Below are positions 1 to 9,028 of a stretch of DNA of 64,000 nucleotides, piece after piece; the stretch's first letter is position 1, and the number at the start of each line of letters is the position of its first letter. Under the pieces are notes generated by a model. That model saw nothing but the letters and a program-made list of their open reading frames with translations. It made no database searches and was not told the origin of the DNA. A program made the position numbers and the translations under genes. Source of the stretch: a virus (Duplodnaviria > Caudoviricetes); IMG/VR virus record IMGVR_UViG_650716086_000003, positions 4,081-68,080 of that record; one strand, given 5' to 3'.

Positions 1-459
1 CAGAAGCGTTATCCGGACGCGAACCAGAAAGACAAGCTGAACGCTGCGCGCGGCGATGTGCCAGTGGCTTTCCTGAACTCGAACGAACTGAAGGATTCAC
101 TGAACGGGTTTCTCGATCGCAAGGATCCGGGCGGCGGCCGTTGGACCTTCCCGATTTGGGCACCCAACTGGTTCTACACTCAGATGACTGCGGAATTCCG
201 GAATACCAAAGGGGAGTGGGAAGCTCCGAAAAACCATCGCGTTCGAAACGAGAGCTGGGACTTGAGCTATTACGCTCTCGGCTTGCTGCGGCATGATGAG
301 ATAAAGGCGCTCCGACCGAACTTTTGGGAAAACCCGCCCGTTTGGGCTCGGCCTTGGGATGAGAATGTCATGGTCTTCGGAGAGCAAGAGAATAGTATCG
401 TCATTCGCAAGCCGGCGAAAAGGTTCGATCTGTCTGCACTGGCGAAGGAGTTGGCTTAG
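1..459 (+). CDS. Terminase large subunit, lambda GpA family, C-terminal part (5' truncated by window)
   Basis: Frame is open from base 1 (QKRYPDANQ...). RNESWDLSYYA resembles the GpA C-terminal RNEALD motif. It lies directly upstream of gpW and portal. Confidence 0.8.
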   Translation, partial: QKRYPDANQKDKLNAARGDVPVAFLNSNELKDSLNGFLDRKDPGGGRWTFPIWAPNWFYTQMTAEFRNTKGEWEAPKNHRVRNESWDLSYYALGLLRHDEIKALRPNFWENPPVWARPWDENVMVFGEQENSIVIRKPAKRFDLSALAKELA

Positions 460-474
460 TCAATTTTTAGTTGA
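460..474. promoter_or_regulatory. First of ~30 copies of palindromic operator-like motif TCAAC-N5-GTTGA
   Basis: TCAAT-TTTTA-GTTGA directly after the terminase stop. A second copy lies at 518-532; the full list is in findings. Confidence 0.65.
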
Positions 475-572
475 CGCAAGCCGTGCAACTTGGCATATTC
501 AACAATCTGTTTGCAAATCAACAAATGGTGGATTATACGAAGTGAAACATCTTCGAGGACTCCACCGGTTAT

Positions 573-794
573 ATGACGCTCGCTCAACGCATCGCCGAGG
601 CTGAAACTGCCCTTCACGATTTGATGACGGGCAAGGCAGTCGTCGAGGTTGTCGACCAGAATGGCGAACGCGTCCGGTACAGCGTGGCCAACCGCCAGGC
701 TCTCGTTGCCTATCTTCAGTCCCTGAAAGCCGAACTTGCGGCCGAAGTCGCCGGAACCGCCCCGGTTCGCGGCCCGCTGAGGTTCTGGTGGTAA
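573..794 (+). CDS. Head-tail joining protein, lambda gpW family
   Basis: 73 aa. ALHDLMTGKAVVEV...GERVRYSVAN..AL.AY and the C-terminal RGPLRF are typical of gpW. It sits between terminase and portal. Confidence 0.85.
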   Translation: MTLAQRIAEAETALHDLMTGKAVVEVVDQNGERVRYSVANRQALVAYLQSLKAELAAEVAGTAPVRGPLRFWW

Positions 795-795
795 G

Positions 796-2622
796 ATGAC
801 GCAATCCTTCAATGAGTTTGCAGATGTGCTCGGCCCCAATCCCTCCCAGGAGGGGCAGGGCACGCCCGCGCCGTCGAGTTTCAGGGTGCTCGATGGCGCG
901 GGCAAGGAATCCGCGATTGCCGGTGAAGCCTACGAAGGCGCCAGCCGCTTCAGCCGCGAACTCGCGATGTGGCAGCCGCACAACCGCACGGCCGATCAGG
1001 ACATCCTACCAGCCAAGCGCATTTCCGATGCCCGTATCCGCGACATCCTGCGCAACGACGCCTATGTCCAGAGCGGCGCCGCGCTGCACAAGGACAACAT
1101 CGTCGGCGGCGCCTTCCTCCTGAACGCCAAGCCGCACACCAAGGTGCTGTTCGGCAAGGCGGACGATGTTTGGGAAGAAGAGTTTCAGGAAGAAGTCGAA
1201 GCTAAATTCACGCTTTGGGCTGAGTCCGATGCGAATTGGGTGGACGCTTCGCGCCGCAATAACTTCACAATGCTGGTTCGCCAGGCGATCGGGACGTATC
1301 TCGCGTGCGGTGAAGTGATCGCCTCAATCGAATGGTCACGTGAAGAGCGCGATTTCCGGCCGTTCAACACGTCGGTCCGCATGGTTGACGTTGATCGTCT
1401 GTCCACGCCTCCGACTCTGAAGGCAAATCCATACATCATTGGCGGCGTCGAAGTCGACCAACGACACATTCCTATCGCCTATCACATCCGCAAGGCACAT
1501 CCGCGGGACGTTTATTACGTCCAGAACTACGAATGGGCGCGCATCGACGCGAAAAAGCCGTGGGGTCGCCCACTGTTCATCCACCTGTTCGAGCAGATGC
1601 GTGCCGGCCAGACCCGCGGTATGTCCGATATGGCAGCCGGGATCAAGGAAACGCGCATGGCGCGCGAGTTCCGCGACGTGATGCTGCAGAACGCGGTGGT
1701 CAACGCGACTTACGCGGCCGTTATCGAATCCGATATCGCCAACTCGGCGGAAGTCTTCGCGAAACTCGGCGCAGGCGCCGACAGCATCGACGAGGCAATC
1801 AGCGAACTCCTTGGCGCGCAGATGAGCGCGATCTCGGAATACGCGAAGGGCGCCGATCAGTTGAAGCTCGGTGGCGTGCGGATCCCGCATCTGCTCCCCG
1901 GCTCGAAACTGCATATGCAGCCGGCCGGCCAGGGTGGTCCGCTTGGCACGGAGTTCGAACAGTCGTTGCTGCGGAACATCGCCGCTCTGCTCGGCGTCTC
2001 GTATGAGCAGCTTTCGAAGGACTACACCGAGACCAATTACTCGTCGGCGCGCGCTGCTCAGACCGAGACCTGGAAGTTCATGGTCTCGCGCAAGAAGATC
2101 ATCGCCGATCGCTTCGCGAACATCGTCTATCGCAATTGGCTCGAAGAGGCGCTGAACAAGGGCGTGATCACATCCATGCCGCGCCGCATGGGTGTCGATA
2201 CTGCTTGGCTCTACCAGCCCCTCGCCATGGAAGCGATTACGCGTTGCGAATGGATTGGCGCTTCGCGCGGTCAGATCGACGAACTGAAGGAAACTCAGGC
2301 TGCGGTTCTTCGTCTGAAATACGGCCTCTCGACCTACGAACAGGAACGCGCCCGCCTCGGCGGCGACTGGCGTGCAGACATCCGCCAGATCGCTCGCGAG
2401 AAAAAGGCCATGGAAGATGCCGGCCTGCCTCACGTCAGTACGGTTCAGGACAACTCGATCAACGCAGCTTCCGGCGAAAAGGACGTGAGCGAGTCCAGCA
2501 ATCCCAGCGCTCAGAGCGCTCACAGCGAGTTTGCAGACATTCTCGGTGGAGAATTGAACGGCAGTCTTTCTAACGACTTCCGTGACGCCGTTCATAAAGA
2601 TGAGGAAGACGATGCCGAATAA
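796..2622 (+). CDS. Portal protein, lambda family
   Basis: 608 aa with YEGASR, RN..Y..G, GVE.D, RPGQ.RG-like, GVSYEQLSKDY...NYSSARA and IDELKE motifs. Confidence 0.92.
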   Translation: MTQSFNEFADVLGPNPSQEGQGTPAPSSFRVLDGAGKESAIAGEAYEGASRFSRELAMWQPHNRTADQDILPAKRISDARIRDILRNDAYVQSGAALHKDNIVGGAFLLNAKPHTKVLFGKADDVWEEEFQEEVEAKFTLWAESDANWVDASRRNNFTMLVRQAIGTYLACGEVIASIEWSREERDFRPFNTSVRMVDVDRLSTPPTLKANPYIIGGVEVDQRHIPIAYHIRKAHPRDVYYVQNYEWARIDAKKPWGRPLFIHLFEQMRAGQTRGMSDMAAGIKETRMAREFRDVMLQNAVVNATYAAVIESDIANSAEVFAKLGAGADSIDEAISELLGAQMSAISEYAKGADQLKLGGVRIPHLLPGSKLHMQPAGQGGPLGTEFEQSLLRNIAALLGVSYEQLSKDYTETNYSSARAAQTETWKFMVSRKKIIADRFANIVYRNWLEEALNKGVITSMPRRMGVDTAWLYQPLAMEAITRCEWIGASRGQIDELKETQAAVLRLKYGLSTYEQERARLGGDWRADIRQIAREKKAMEDAGLPHVSTVQDNSINAASGEKDVSESSNPSAQSAHSEFADILGGELNGSLSNDFRDAVHKDEEDDAE

Positions 2623-3934
2623 TCTGAATCCGATCATGGCACGCTTCGATCAGGCGCCGGCTCTCGTTTCTCCGGAAATGCAAGGACTCTTCGAGGCTTC
2701 CCTGCACGAGACGGCCAAGATGACGGCTCGCCTCGAAGCCGATACGACCGCTCCGCAGATGCACAACGGCGACGACTTCTGGTTTGCCGACAACGATTGG
2801 CGCTCGATGCTGCGCCCGTACAAGGTGAAGGACGGCATTTTGCAGATCCCGGTCAAGGGTGTTCTGCTGCACAACTTCCCCTACCAGTACGGCGGGTACG
2901 CGACCGGCTATTTCTATATCTGGAAAGCGTTCGAGCGCGGCCTCGCGGACGGCAACGTTAGGGGTATCGCCCTCATCATCGACTCCCCCGGTGGCGAAGT
3001 CGCCGGAAATTTCGATCTCGTCGACAAGATGTTCGCGCACCGCGACGAAAAGCCGGTCCGCGCATACGCGATGGAGAGCGCATATTCGGCAGCCTACTCG
3101 ATCGCCTCCGTCGCAGATTCGATCACCGTTTCGCGAACTGGTGGCGTTGGCTCGATCGGCGTCGTCACGGCCCACGTCGATGCAAGCAAGATGGTCGACG
3201 AGATGGGTTGGAAGGTGACTTTCATCTTCGCCGGCAAGCACAAGGTCGACGGCAACCCCTACGAAGCGCTGTCGCCGGAAGTCAAGGCGCGCATACAGGC
3301 TCGCATTGACGAACTCTATTCAGTGTTCGTGTCCACCGTGGCACGGAACCGCGGCATGGATGAAAAGGCAGTTCGGGATACCGAGGCTCTGACATTCACT
3401 GCTTCGCAAGCAACGTCGAACGGGCTGGCCGATCATATCGGCACGCTTGACGACTCCGTTGCCGCTTTCGCGGCAGAACTGTCCCTAGATGAAGAGGATG
3501 AAACCATGTCTGGACAGACGAAGAACGAAACGGCGGTCGATCAGGCTGCCATCGAGACGGCTCGTGCCGAAGGTTTTGCTGCCGGCAAGGCTGAAGGTGT
3601 GAATGAAGGTGCAACGTCCGAGCGCGCTCGTATCAGTGCAATCGTCAATTCGGAAGCCGGCCAGGCTCGCCCGAAGGCTGCCCTGAAGATGGCGACCAAC
3701 GACAAGTTCTCGGCCGTCGATGCCGACGCGATCGTTGAAATGCTCGCCGACCTTCCGGAAGAGAAGGCCGAGACGCCCGCCAAGCAGGAAAACGCCACCG
3801 GCAACCAGTTCAAGGAAGCCATGGATACCTCGGAGAATACCGATCTCGGTACTCCGGGCAACGGCGAAGGCGGCGAGATGACTCGGGCTCAGCGCGCCGT
3901 CACGCTCGCCAAGGGTCCGCGCAAGGCCGCGTAA
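2612..3934 (+). CDS. Prohead protease, S49 (lambda gpC/SppA-like) family, with C-terminal scaffold domain
   Basis: IDSPGGEV, AYSAAYSIAS (catalytic Ser) and GGVGSIGV motifs. Start placed at ATG 2612. Confidence 0.9.
   Translation: MPNNLNPIMARFDQAPALVSPEMQGLFEASLHETAKMTARLEADTTAPQMHNGDDFWFADNDWRSMLRPYKVKDGILQIPVKGVLLHNFPYQYGGYATGYFYIWKAFERGLADGNVRGIALIIDSPGGEVAGNFDLVDKMFAHRDEKPVRAYAMESAYSAAYSIASVADSITVSRTGGVGSIGVVTAHVDASKMVDEMGWKVTFIFAGKHKVDGNPYEALSPEVKARIQARIDELYSVFVSTVARNRGMDEKAVRDTEALTFTASQATSNGLADHIGTLDDSVAAFAAELSLDEEDETMSGQTKNETAVDQAAIETARAEGFAAGKAEGVNEGATSERARISAIVNSEAGQARPKAALKMATNDKFSAVDADAIVEMLADLPEEKAETPAKQENATGNQFKEAMDTSENTDLGTPGNGEGGEMTRAQRAVTLAKGPRKAA
3506..3934 (+). CDS. Nested in-frame scaffolding protein (Nu3-like)
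   Basis: GAGGA Shine-Dalgarno before the in-frame ATG at 3506. The product is Ala/Glu-rich with an ERARISAI motif; same arrangement as lambda C/Nu3. Confidence 0.65.
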   Translation: MSGQTKNETAVDQAAIETARAEGFAAGKAEGVNEGATSERARISAIVNSEAGQARPKAALKMATNDKFSAVDADAIVEMLADLPEEKAETPAKQENATGNQFKEAMDTSENTDLGTPGNGEGGEMTRAQRAVTLAKGPRKAA

Positions 3935-3978
3935 GCCGCGCAACCTAAAAATCAACCTTTTGTTGAAAGGATACTGAA

Positions 3979-4419
3979 ATGGCTACCTTCACCCCAAACA
4001 ATGATCCTTGGAAGGCCGGTTTTCCGGGCCAGTCCTCGGATCAAGTAAACCCCGTTGCTCAGGGGCTCATCGTCGGCGAAACCCCGGCTGTCGTCATGGA
4101 AGACATGACGCTCGCTGCCAGCCAGACGATCGCCGCGATGTACACGCCGGTCGGCCTGGACGGTTCCGGCAATCTTGTCCCGGCCGTTTCCGGCACCACG
4201 CAGGCCATCGGCATTCTGATGCGGCCGATCACCAGCGGCGCATCGCCGATTCAGGGCGTCGAAGTCCTGCGTCAGGGCTGCCTGAACATGGACCTGATCG
4301 CCTGGCCGGCATCCTACGACACCGACGAGAAGAAGCTCGAAGCCTTCCGCGGTGCTCCCACCCCCACTGCCATCGTGGTCCGCAGGGTCCGCGCTGGCGC
4401 CATCGTAGCACAGCCGTAA
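3979..4419 (+). CDS. Head decoration protein (lambda gpD-like)
   Basis: 146 aa between protease and capsid, with an AIGIL motif and an AAGGA RBS. Confidence 0.8.
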   Translation: MATFTPNNDPWKAGFPGQSSDQVNPVAQGLIVGETPAVVMEDMTLAASQTIAAMYTPVGLDGSGNLVPAVSGTTQAIGILMRPITSGASPIQGVEVLRQGCLNMDLIAWPASYDTDEKKLEAFRGAPTPTAIVVRRVRAGAIVAQP

Positions 4420-4457
4420 GCCGTGGCTTTGGCGAACTAGAAAAGGACATAGCAGTC

Positions 4458-5549
4458 ATGGCAATCGACCTGTGGTCTCCACTGGATCTGTTCGAACTCC
4501 GTCAAGACGACCGCATGAACGCGCTCCCGTCTTGGATTCTGGACACGTTCTTCACTCAAACGCACTTCTCGCAGGACAAGTCGATCAAGTTCGCCGACCT
4601 GCCGGAAAACGATCGCTACCTGGCGCCGTTCGTACTGCCCTACGATCAGGGTAAGCCGCTCGACATGCGTCGCGGCTACTCGGTTGAAGAGTTCATGCCG
4701 GCTTATATCAAGCTGAAGAACGCCGTTCGCCCGAGCGAAGCACGCATCCAGGACCCGCGCGTTCTCCTGTCCGGCCGGCAGCCGTCGCTCGTCGAGAAGT
4801 TCGACCAGCGCGTGGCCGAGATCACGGAAGCCCATCTCCGTGCAATCCGCGTCCGCGAAATCTGGATGGCCGTTCGTGCCTTCGTCGATGCCAAGGTTCA
4901 GATCGACTACGATCGCGACCAGGGTGCGGCGAATCCTTCCGTCCTGCTCGACTTCGGCCGTGACCCCGGTCAGACCGTCACGCTCAGTGCGGAATACTGG
5001 AACGATCCGGCCTCGGACATCCTTGGCGATCTCGAGTCTTGGATGACCACCATGTACCTCGCCAACGGCGGCGGTACCGCGAGCATGCTGATCGTCGGTG
5101 CGCAGGTGGCTCCGTTGTTCAAGAAGAACACCGGCATCAAGGCGGCTCTCGATCGTAACTACCGTGGCAACGAGAGTGTCCAGATCGACCTCGGCATCAT
5201 GCGGACCGAACGTCCGCTGCAGCGCATCGGTCAGTTGGACAACAGCCTCGAAGTGTTCTCCTACAAGGACACGATCGACATCCCGAACGGTGCGGGCGGA
5301 AAGACCAAGATCGACCTTTTCAACGAGAAGGACATTCTGCTGGTCGCTCCGGGTGCAAACGGCGTCCGTGCCTACGGCGCGATCTACGATGTCGATGCCA
5401 TCGAAACCGGTCAGGCTCTGTCGACCGACATCTTCGGCAAGATGTTCAAGACCGACGATCCGGGCGAAAAGTTCGTCATGCACCAGTCCTCGCCGCTGCC
5501 GATCCCGCTGTATCCGAACCGAACCTTCAAGGCGCGCGTTCTGGCCTAA
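4458..5549 (+). CDS. Major capsid protein, lambda gpE family
   Basis: 363 aa from ATG 4458 (AAGGA RBS). LAPFVLP, PAYIKLK and QSSPLPIP motifs. Confidence 0.9.
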   Translation: MAIDLWSPLDLFELRQDDRMNALPSWILDTFFTQTHFSQDKSIKFADLPENDRYLAPFVLPYDQGKPLDMRRGYSVEEFMPAYIKLKNAVRPSEARIQDPRVLLSGRQPSLVEKFDQRVAEITEAHLRAIRVREIWMAVRAFVDAKVQIDYDRDQGAANPSVLLDFGRDPGQTVTLSAEYWNDPASDILGDLESWMTTMYLANGGGTASMLIVGAQVAPLFKKNTGIKAALDRNYRGNESVQIDLGIMRTERPLQRIGQLDNSLEVFSYKDTIDIPNGAGGKTKIDLFNEKDILLVAPGANGVRAYGAIYDVDAIETGQALSTDIFGKMFKTDDPGEKFVMHQSSPLPIPLYPNRTFKARVLA

Positions 5550-5556
5550 CAGCCGC

Positions 5557-5582
5557 GAGGCGGCGGGTTCGCTCGCCGTCTC
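5557..5582 (+). terminator. Stem-loop after capsid gene
   Basis: GAGGCGGCGGG-TTCG-CTCGCCGTCTC, with a UUCG tetraloop and only a weak U-tract. Confidence 0.55.
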
Positions 5583-5639
5583 ATTCAACCGCTTGGGGAA
5601 TATGATCTAAGTTTGACCCTAGAAAGAAGGATTGGCCCA

Positions 5640-5981
5640 ATGGCTACCGTTACCACATACGCAATTCACTCCATCGGCCGTCGCGTCAAGGACGGCAAGG
5701 TTCTCGTGCCGGCATCCACCCGCGAACGTCCGAGCGTCTTCGAGGCAACCGCCGAAGAATTCGAACGCCTCGAAAAGCTCGGCGCCGTCCGCAAGGCAAC
5801 GAAGGAAGAGATCGCAATCGCCAAGGTGCAGTCGAATGAAGCAGCCGACGCTCCCACCACCGCGGAAAAGATCGCAGCTTCGTCCACCGAAACCAAAGCA
5901 CCTGCTTCCGGCGCGGACGGTGACCCCAAGGGAGCCCCGAAAGGCGCCGCAAAGGCTCCTGGCAAGGACGAAGAAATCTGA
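5640..5981 (+). CDS. Small head-associated protein (FI position), Ala/Lys-rich tail
   Basis: ATG 5640. Position immediately after the capsid gene, as in lambda-like and Chi-like phages. Confidence 0.6.
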   Translation: MATVTTYAIHSIGRRVKDGKVLVPASTRERPSVFEATAEEFERLEKLGAVRKATKEEIAIAKVQSNEAADAPTTAEKIAASSTETKAPASGADGDPKGAPKGAAKAPGKDEEI

Positions 5982-6358
5982 TGCCATCTTTCCGTGACAT
6001 AAAGCGGAAAGCCCGTCGGGACGTGCATGCGCACATGCGCGTCCCGGCACTTTATCTCGCCACGCGTGAAGCAATTCCGGTGGCTTGTTTTGTGCGCGTC
6101 CACACGAAATTCGCAGCCCTCGGCGACATGAAGGGCACCAACTTCAACTACGCTGAGCGTGAAGAAGAGACTCCGAAGCTGATCATCTGGCGCGAGGAAA
6201 TCCCGCAGCCGGCGCGTAACGCGATCATCTCCGTCGAGACTGGTGAAGCCTATCAAATCGATTCCAGTGCGCCCGCCGACGACTTGACGATCACCGTCAA
6301 CGTGACCGCCATGGCCGCCGAAGACACAGTGGGGCTTCCTGTTCCGGAGTCCACCTGA
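5981..6358 (+). CDS. Head-tail joining/closure protein (FII-like)
   Basis: 125 aa, synteny, translational coupling. Confidence 0.6.
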   Translation: MPSFRDIKRKARRDVHAHMRVPALYLATREAIPVACFVRVHTKFAALGDMKGTNFNYAEREEETPKLIIWREEIPQPARNAIISVETGEAYQIDSSAPADDLTITVNVTAMAAEDTVGLPVPEST

Positions 6359-6942
6359 TGGCAGAGTATTTCGCTGTCGCAATAGAAGGTCTCAGCGCCT
6401 TCGATCAACTCGACAAACTGGATCCCAAAGTTATCAAGGCCGCCCGCATGGCCGTGAACGACACGGTTCGCGAGGCTCGCAAGGCGTCTGCTCGCTCGAT
6501 GGAGCAGCAAGTCAAATTCCCCCAAGGCTATCTCACCGGTCAGGCAGGTCGATTGAAGATCGCGAAGTTCGCGAGCAACGACGATCTGAGCGGTATTGTC
6601 CGCGGCCGTGACGAGCCGACATCCCTCGCGCGCTTTGTCGTCGGCGGTGCCCAACCTGGTCGGAAACAGAAAGGTGTCTCGGTCGAAGTTGACCCCGGCA
6701 TCGCAAAGTACATGCCAAGCGCTTTCGCAATCCGGCTGAAGAATAACAACATCGGGCTTGCGTATCGAACGAAGGACGGCAAGGCGCCAAGCGTCGGGGC
6801 AAGGAAACTCGGCAAAGGCCTGTGGCTGCTCTACGGACCGAGCGTGGATCAAGTCTTCAACGAAACCCGCAACATGATCAAAGGCGACATGGAAGCGCAC
6901 ATGAAGCGCGAATTCGAGCGTCTATTGGAGCTTAACCTATGA
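6358..6942 (+). CDS. Tail completion/minor tail protein (gpZ-like)
   Basis: 194 aa basic protein with the LYGPSVDQVF motif; synteny. Confidence 0.65.
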   Translation: MAEYFAVAIEGLSAFDQLDKLDPKVIKAARMAVNDTVREARKASARSMEQQVKFPQGYLTGQAGRLKIAKFASNDDLSGIVRGRDEPTSLARFVVGGAQPGRKQKGVSVEVDPGIAKYMPSAFAIRLKNNNIGLAYRTKDGKAPSVGARKLGKGLWLLYGPSVDQVFNETRNMIKGDMEAHMKREFERLLELNL

Positions 6943-7472
6943 CCACCTTCACCGAACCCTTTCGCCTTCGCGTCATGAAGGCGCTCACCTCCTGCCTGCA
7001 GGAGATCACGATCGCCAATGGATATAACTTCGACCTGGCAACGAGCGTGTTCCGCGGGCGCATGATCTTCGGCGAAAATGACCCCATTCCGATGGTCAGT
7101 ATTCTCGAACCGCCGCTCCCGCTTGATCGATTGGGACGGCCGCTCAACTCTTCGGTCACCAACGGTCCCTGGGACATCCTCATCCAGGGCTTTGTCAAGG
7201 ACGATCGCGAGCATCCCACCGATCCCGCTCACATGCTGATGGCCGACGTTAAGAAGCGATTGGCCGTGGAATCGAAGCGAAAACAAACACTTCCTGCCCA
7301 TGGCTTCAATCCCTTCGGGATGAATGAACGCGGCATGAAGAACCGTGTTGAACAGTTCACCATCGGCCCCGGAGTTGTACGCCCCCCGGAAGAGGCCGTT
7401 TCCACCAAGGCGTATTTCTGGCTAACCCTTAGCCTGCAAATTGTAGAGGACAATTTCGATCCTTTCGGGTAA
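6939..7472 (+). CDS. Tail terminator protein (gpU-like)
   Basis: 177 aa with L..ITIANGYNFDL...VFRGR; directly before the major tail gene. Confidence 0.6.
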   Translation: MTTFTEPFRLRVMKALTSCLQEITIANGYNFDLATSVFRGRMIFGENDPIPMVSILEPPLPLDRLGRPLNSSVTNGPWDILIQGFVKDDREHPTDPAHMLMADVKKRLAVESKRKQTLPAHGFNPFGMNERGMKNRVEQFTIGPGVVRPPEEAVSTKAYFWLTLSLQIVEDNFDPFG

Positions 7473-7521
7473 AAGGGTTTTCAACTGTTTGGTGATTTAA
7501 CCAACAAAGGAGTGAATATCG

Positions 7522-8310
7522 ATGGGAAGTGAAGCATATACGCTAGGTCGAGGGGAAGTTCACTTCTCGCGTTTTCGGCCCGGAACTCAGCTTGGCGAAG
7601 GTTATCGTTACCTCGGCAACTCGCCGGAATTCTCGCTGACACTGGAAAGCGAAGAACTCGCGCACTTCAACTCCGACCGCGGCATTCGCGAAAAGGACAA
7701 GTCGATCACGATCGAAGTGTCCCGCTCGGGCAACCTGGTGCTCGACGAGATCACCATGGAAAACCTCGCCTACTTCTTCTTCTCGGCGGCCGGCAAACAG
7801 GTCGTTGCTGAAGCCGGTGGCGCGGTCGTCGGTTACGCTATCAACGATGTGGTTCTCGGCCGCTCCTACCAACTCGGTGAAAGCGACTCGAACCCTGTCG
7901 GCGATGTCAAGATCAGCGCCACCGGTTTGTCCGTGAAGGCCGGCGCGACGGTCTATGTTCTCGGTACCGACTATGTCGCCGACCTTGAGCGTGGTCTGAT
8001 CACCATCCTCGAAGACGGCGCTATTGCTGCCGGCTCCGATCTGACGGTGGACTACACGACCTTGGCCACGAGCTACGACCTCATTCTGTCGGGCTCCGAA
8101 AAGGTCGAAGGCGCGATGAAGTTCATCACGCGCAATGCCAGCGGTGAGGACCGTGTTTACACGCTCCCCTACATCACGCTCGCTCCCAACGGTGACTACA
8201 ACCTGAAGGGCGACGACTGGCAGCAGATCCCGTTCACGGTCGAAGTGCTCCGTAAGGGCGCTCTCGAAGCAATCTACCTGAACGGTCTGCCGTATACCCC
8301 GGCTCCCTAA
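7522..8310 (+). CDS. Major tail tube protein
   Basis: 262 aa, GGAG RBS, LGRGEVHF...YLGNSPEFSL; precedes the chaperone and tape measure genes. Confidence 0.8.
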   Translation: MGSEAYTLGRGEVHFSRFRPGTQLGEGYRYLGNSPEFSLTLESEELAHFNSDRGIREKDKSITIEVSRSGNLVLDEITMENLAYFFFSAAGKQVVAEAGGAVVGYAINDVVLGRSYQLGESDSNPVGDVKISATGLSVKAGATVYVLGTDYVADLERGLITILEDGAIAAGSDLTVDYTTLATSYDLILSGSEKVEGAMKFITRNASGEDRVYTLPYITLAPNGDYNLKGDDWQQIPFTVEVLRKGALEAIYLNGLPYTPAP

Positions 8311-8339
8311 CCCTCCATCCCTGAAGGAGATCAGGCAAC

Positions 8340-8768
8340 ATGCCTTTGAACTACACCCTGAAATACGACTCTATCAAGTTCACGGGCGGCGAGCTTTCCG
8401 TCCGTGGCTTGACCGTTCCGGACATCACGCAGCTTGTTCACATCCACCAGGATGCGGCGCTCTCGATATACGACCGGTTCAAGGATCCCAAGATGCTTGG
8501 CGAGGGCAGCGTTGAATCTGTCGCGCAAGAACTCCTTGGCAAGTTCCCCTCGGTCGTCGCCCACCTGATTGCCCTGGCCGCCGACGAGCCCCATCGTCTC
8601 GACGACTATGCCAAGTTGCCGATCGACGTGCAGGTGGCGGCTCTTGAGAAGATCGCGATCCTGACATTCGCGATGGAGGGTGGCTTAAAAAACTTCATAG
8701 AGACCGTCACGCGAATCGCGGCAAGCGCGGGCGGTCTCACCGACCAACTCAGACTACCCCTAGCCTAG
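8340..8768 (+). CDS. Tail assembly chaperone (gpG-like)
   Basis: 142 aa between tail tube and tape measure. It contains the slippery heptamer A AAA AAC at 8687-8693. Confidence 0.75.
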   Translation: MPLNYTLKYDSIKFTGGELSVRGLTVPDITQLVHIHQDAALSIYDRFKDPKMLGEGSVESVAQELLGKFPSVVAHLIALAADEPHRLDDYAKLPIDVQVAALEKIAILTFAMEGGLKNFIETVTRIAASAGGLTDQLRLPLA

Positions 8769-9028
8769 ACGAATGGGTTTGGGGGCTCCGTGGTCAAGTC
8801 AGCCAACTGCTCGAACACGGACATATCGACGCCACGTTCTACCCTGTCGGAAAAGTTTGGGAGGAAAATCAACTGGTTGTTGAACGGGTTAACCGGCAAC
8901 ACGCAACCACGGCCACCGTTCTCAACGCCGTTATGACGGCTGCGGTGGCCGCATTCGGCTCGAAGGGTAGGGACGCCAACAAAGCCCTTACCGAACTGAT
9001 CAAGGATCTGAACGGCGATGGCGCGTAA
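8340..9028 (+). CDS. Tail assembly chaperone gpGT-like, -1 frameshift product (not in ORF track)
   Basis: The -1 frame is open from the slippery site to TAA 9026-9028 (...LRGQVSQLLEHGHIDATFYPVGKVWEE...DLNGDGA) and overlaps the tape measure ATG. Confidence 0.75.

Noticed and set aside
5014-5030. SDILG in the major capsid protein as another tag copy
   Set aside because: It lacks the Phe, lies inside a folded domain, and is plausible by chance.
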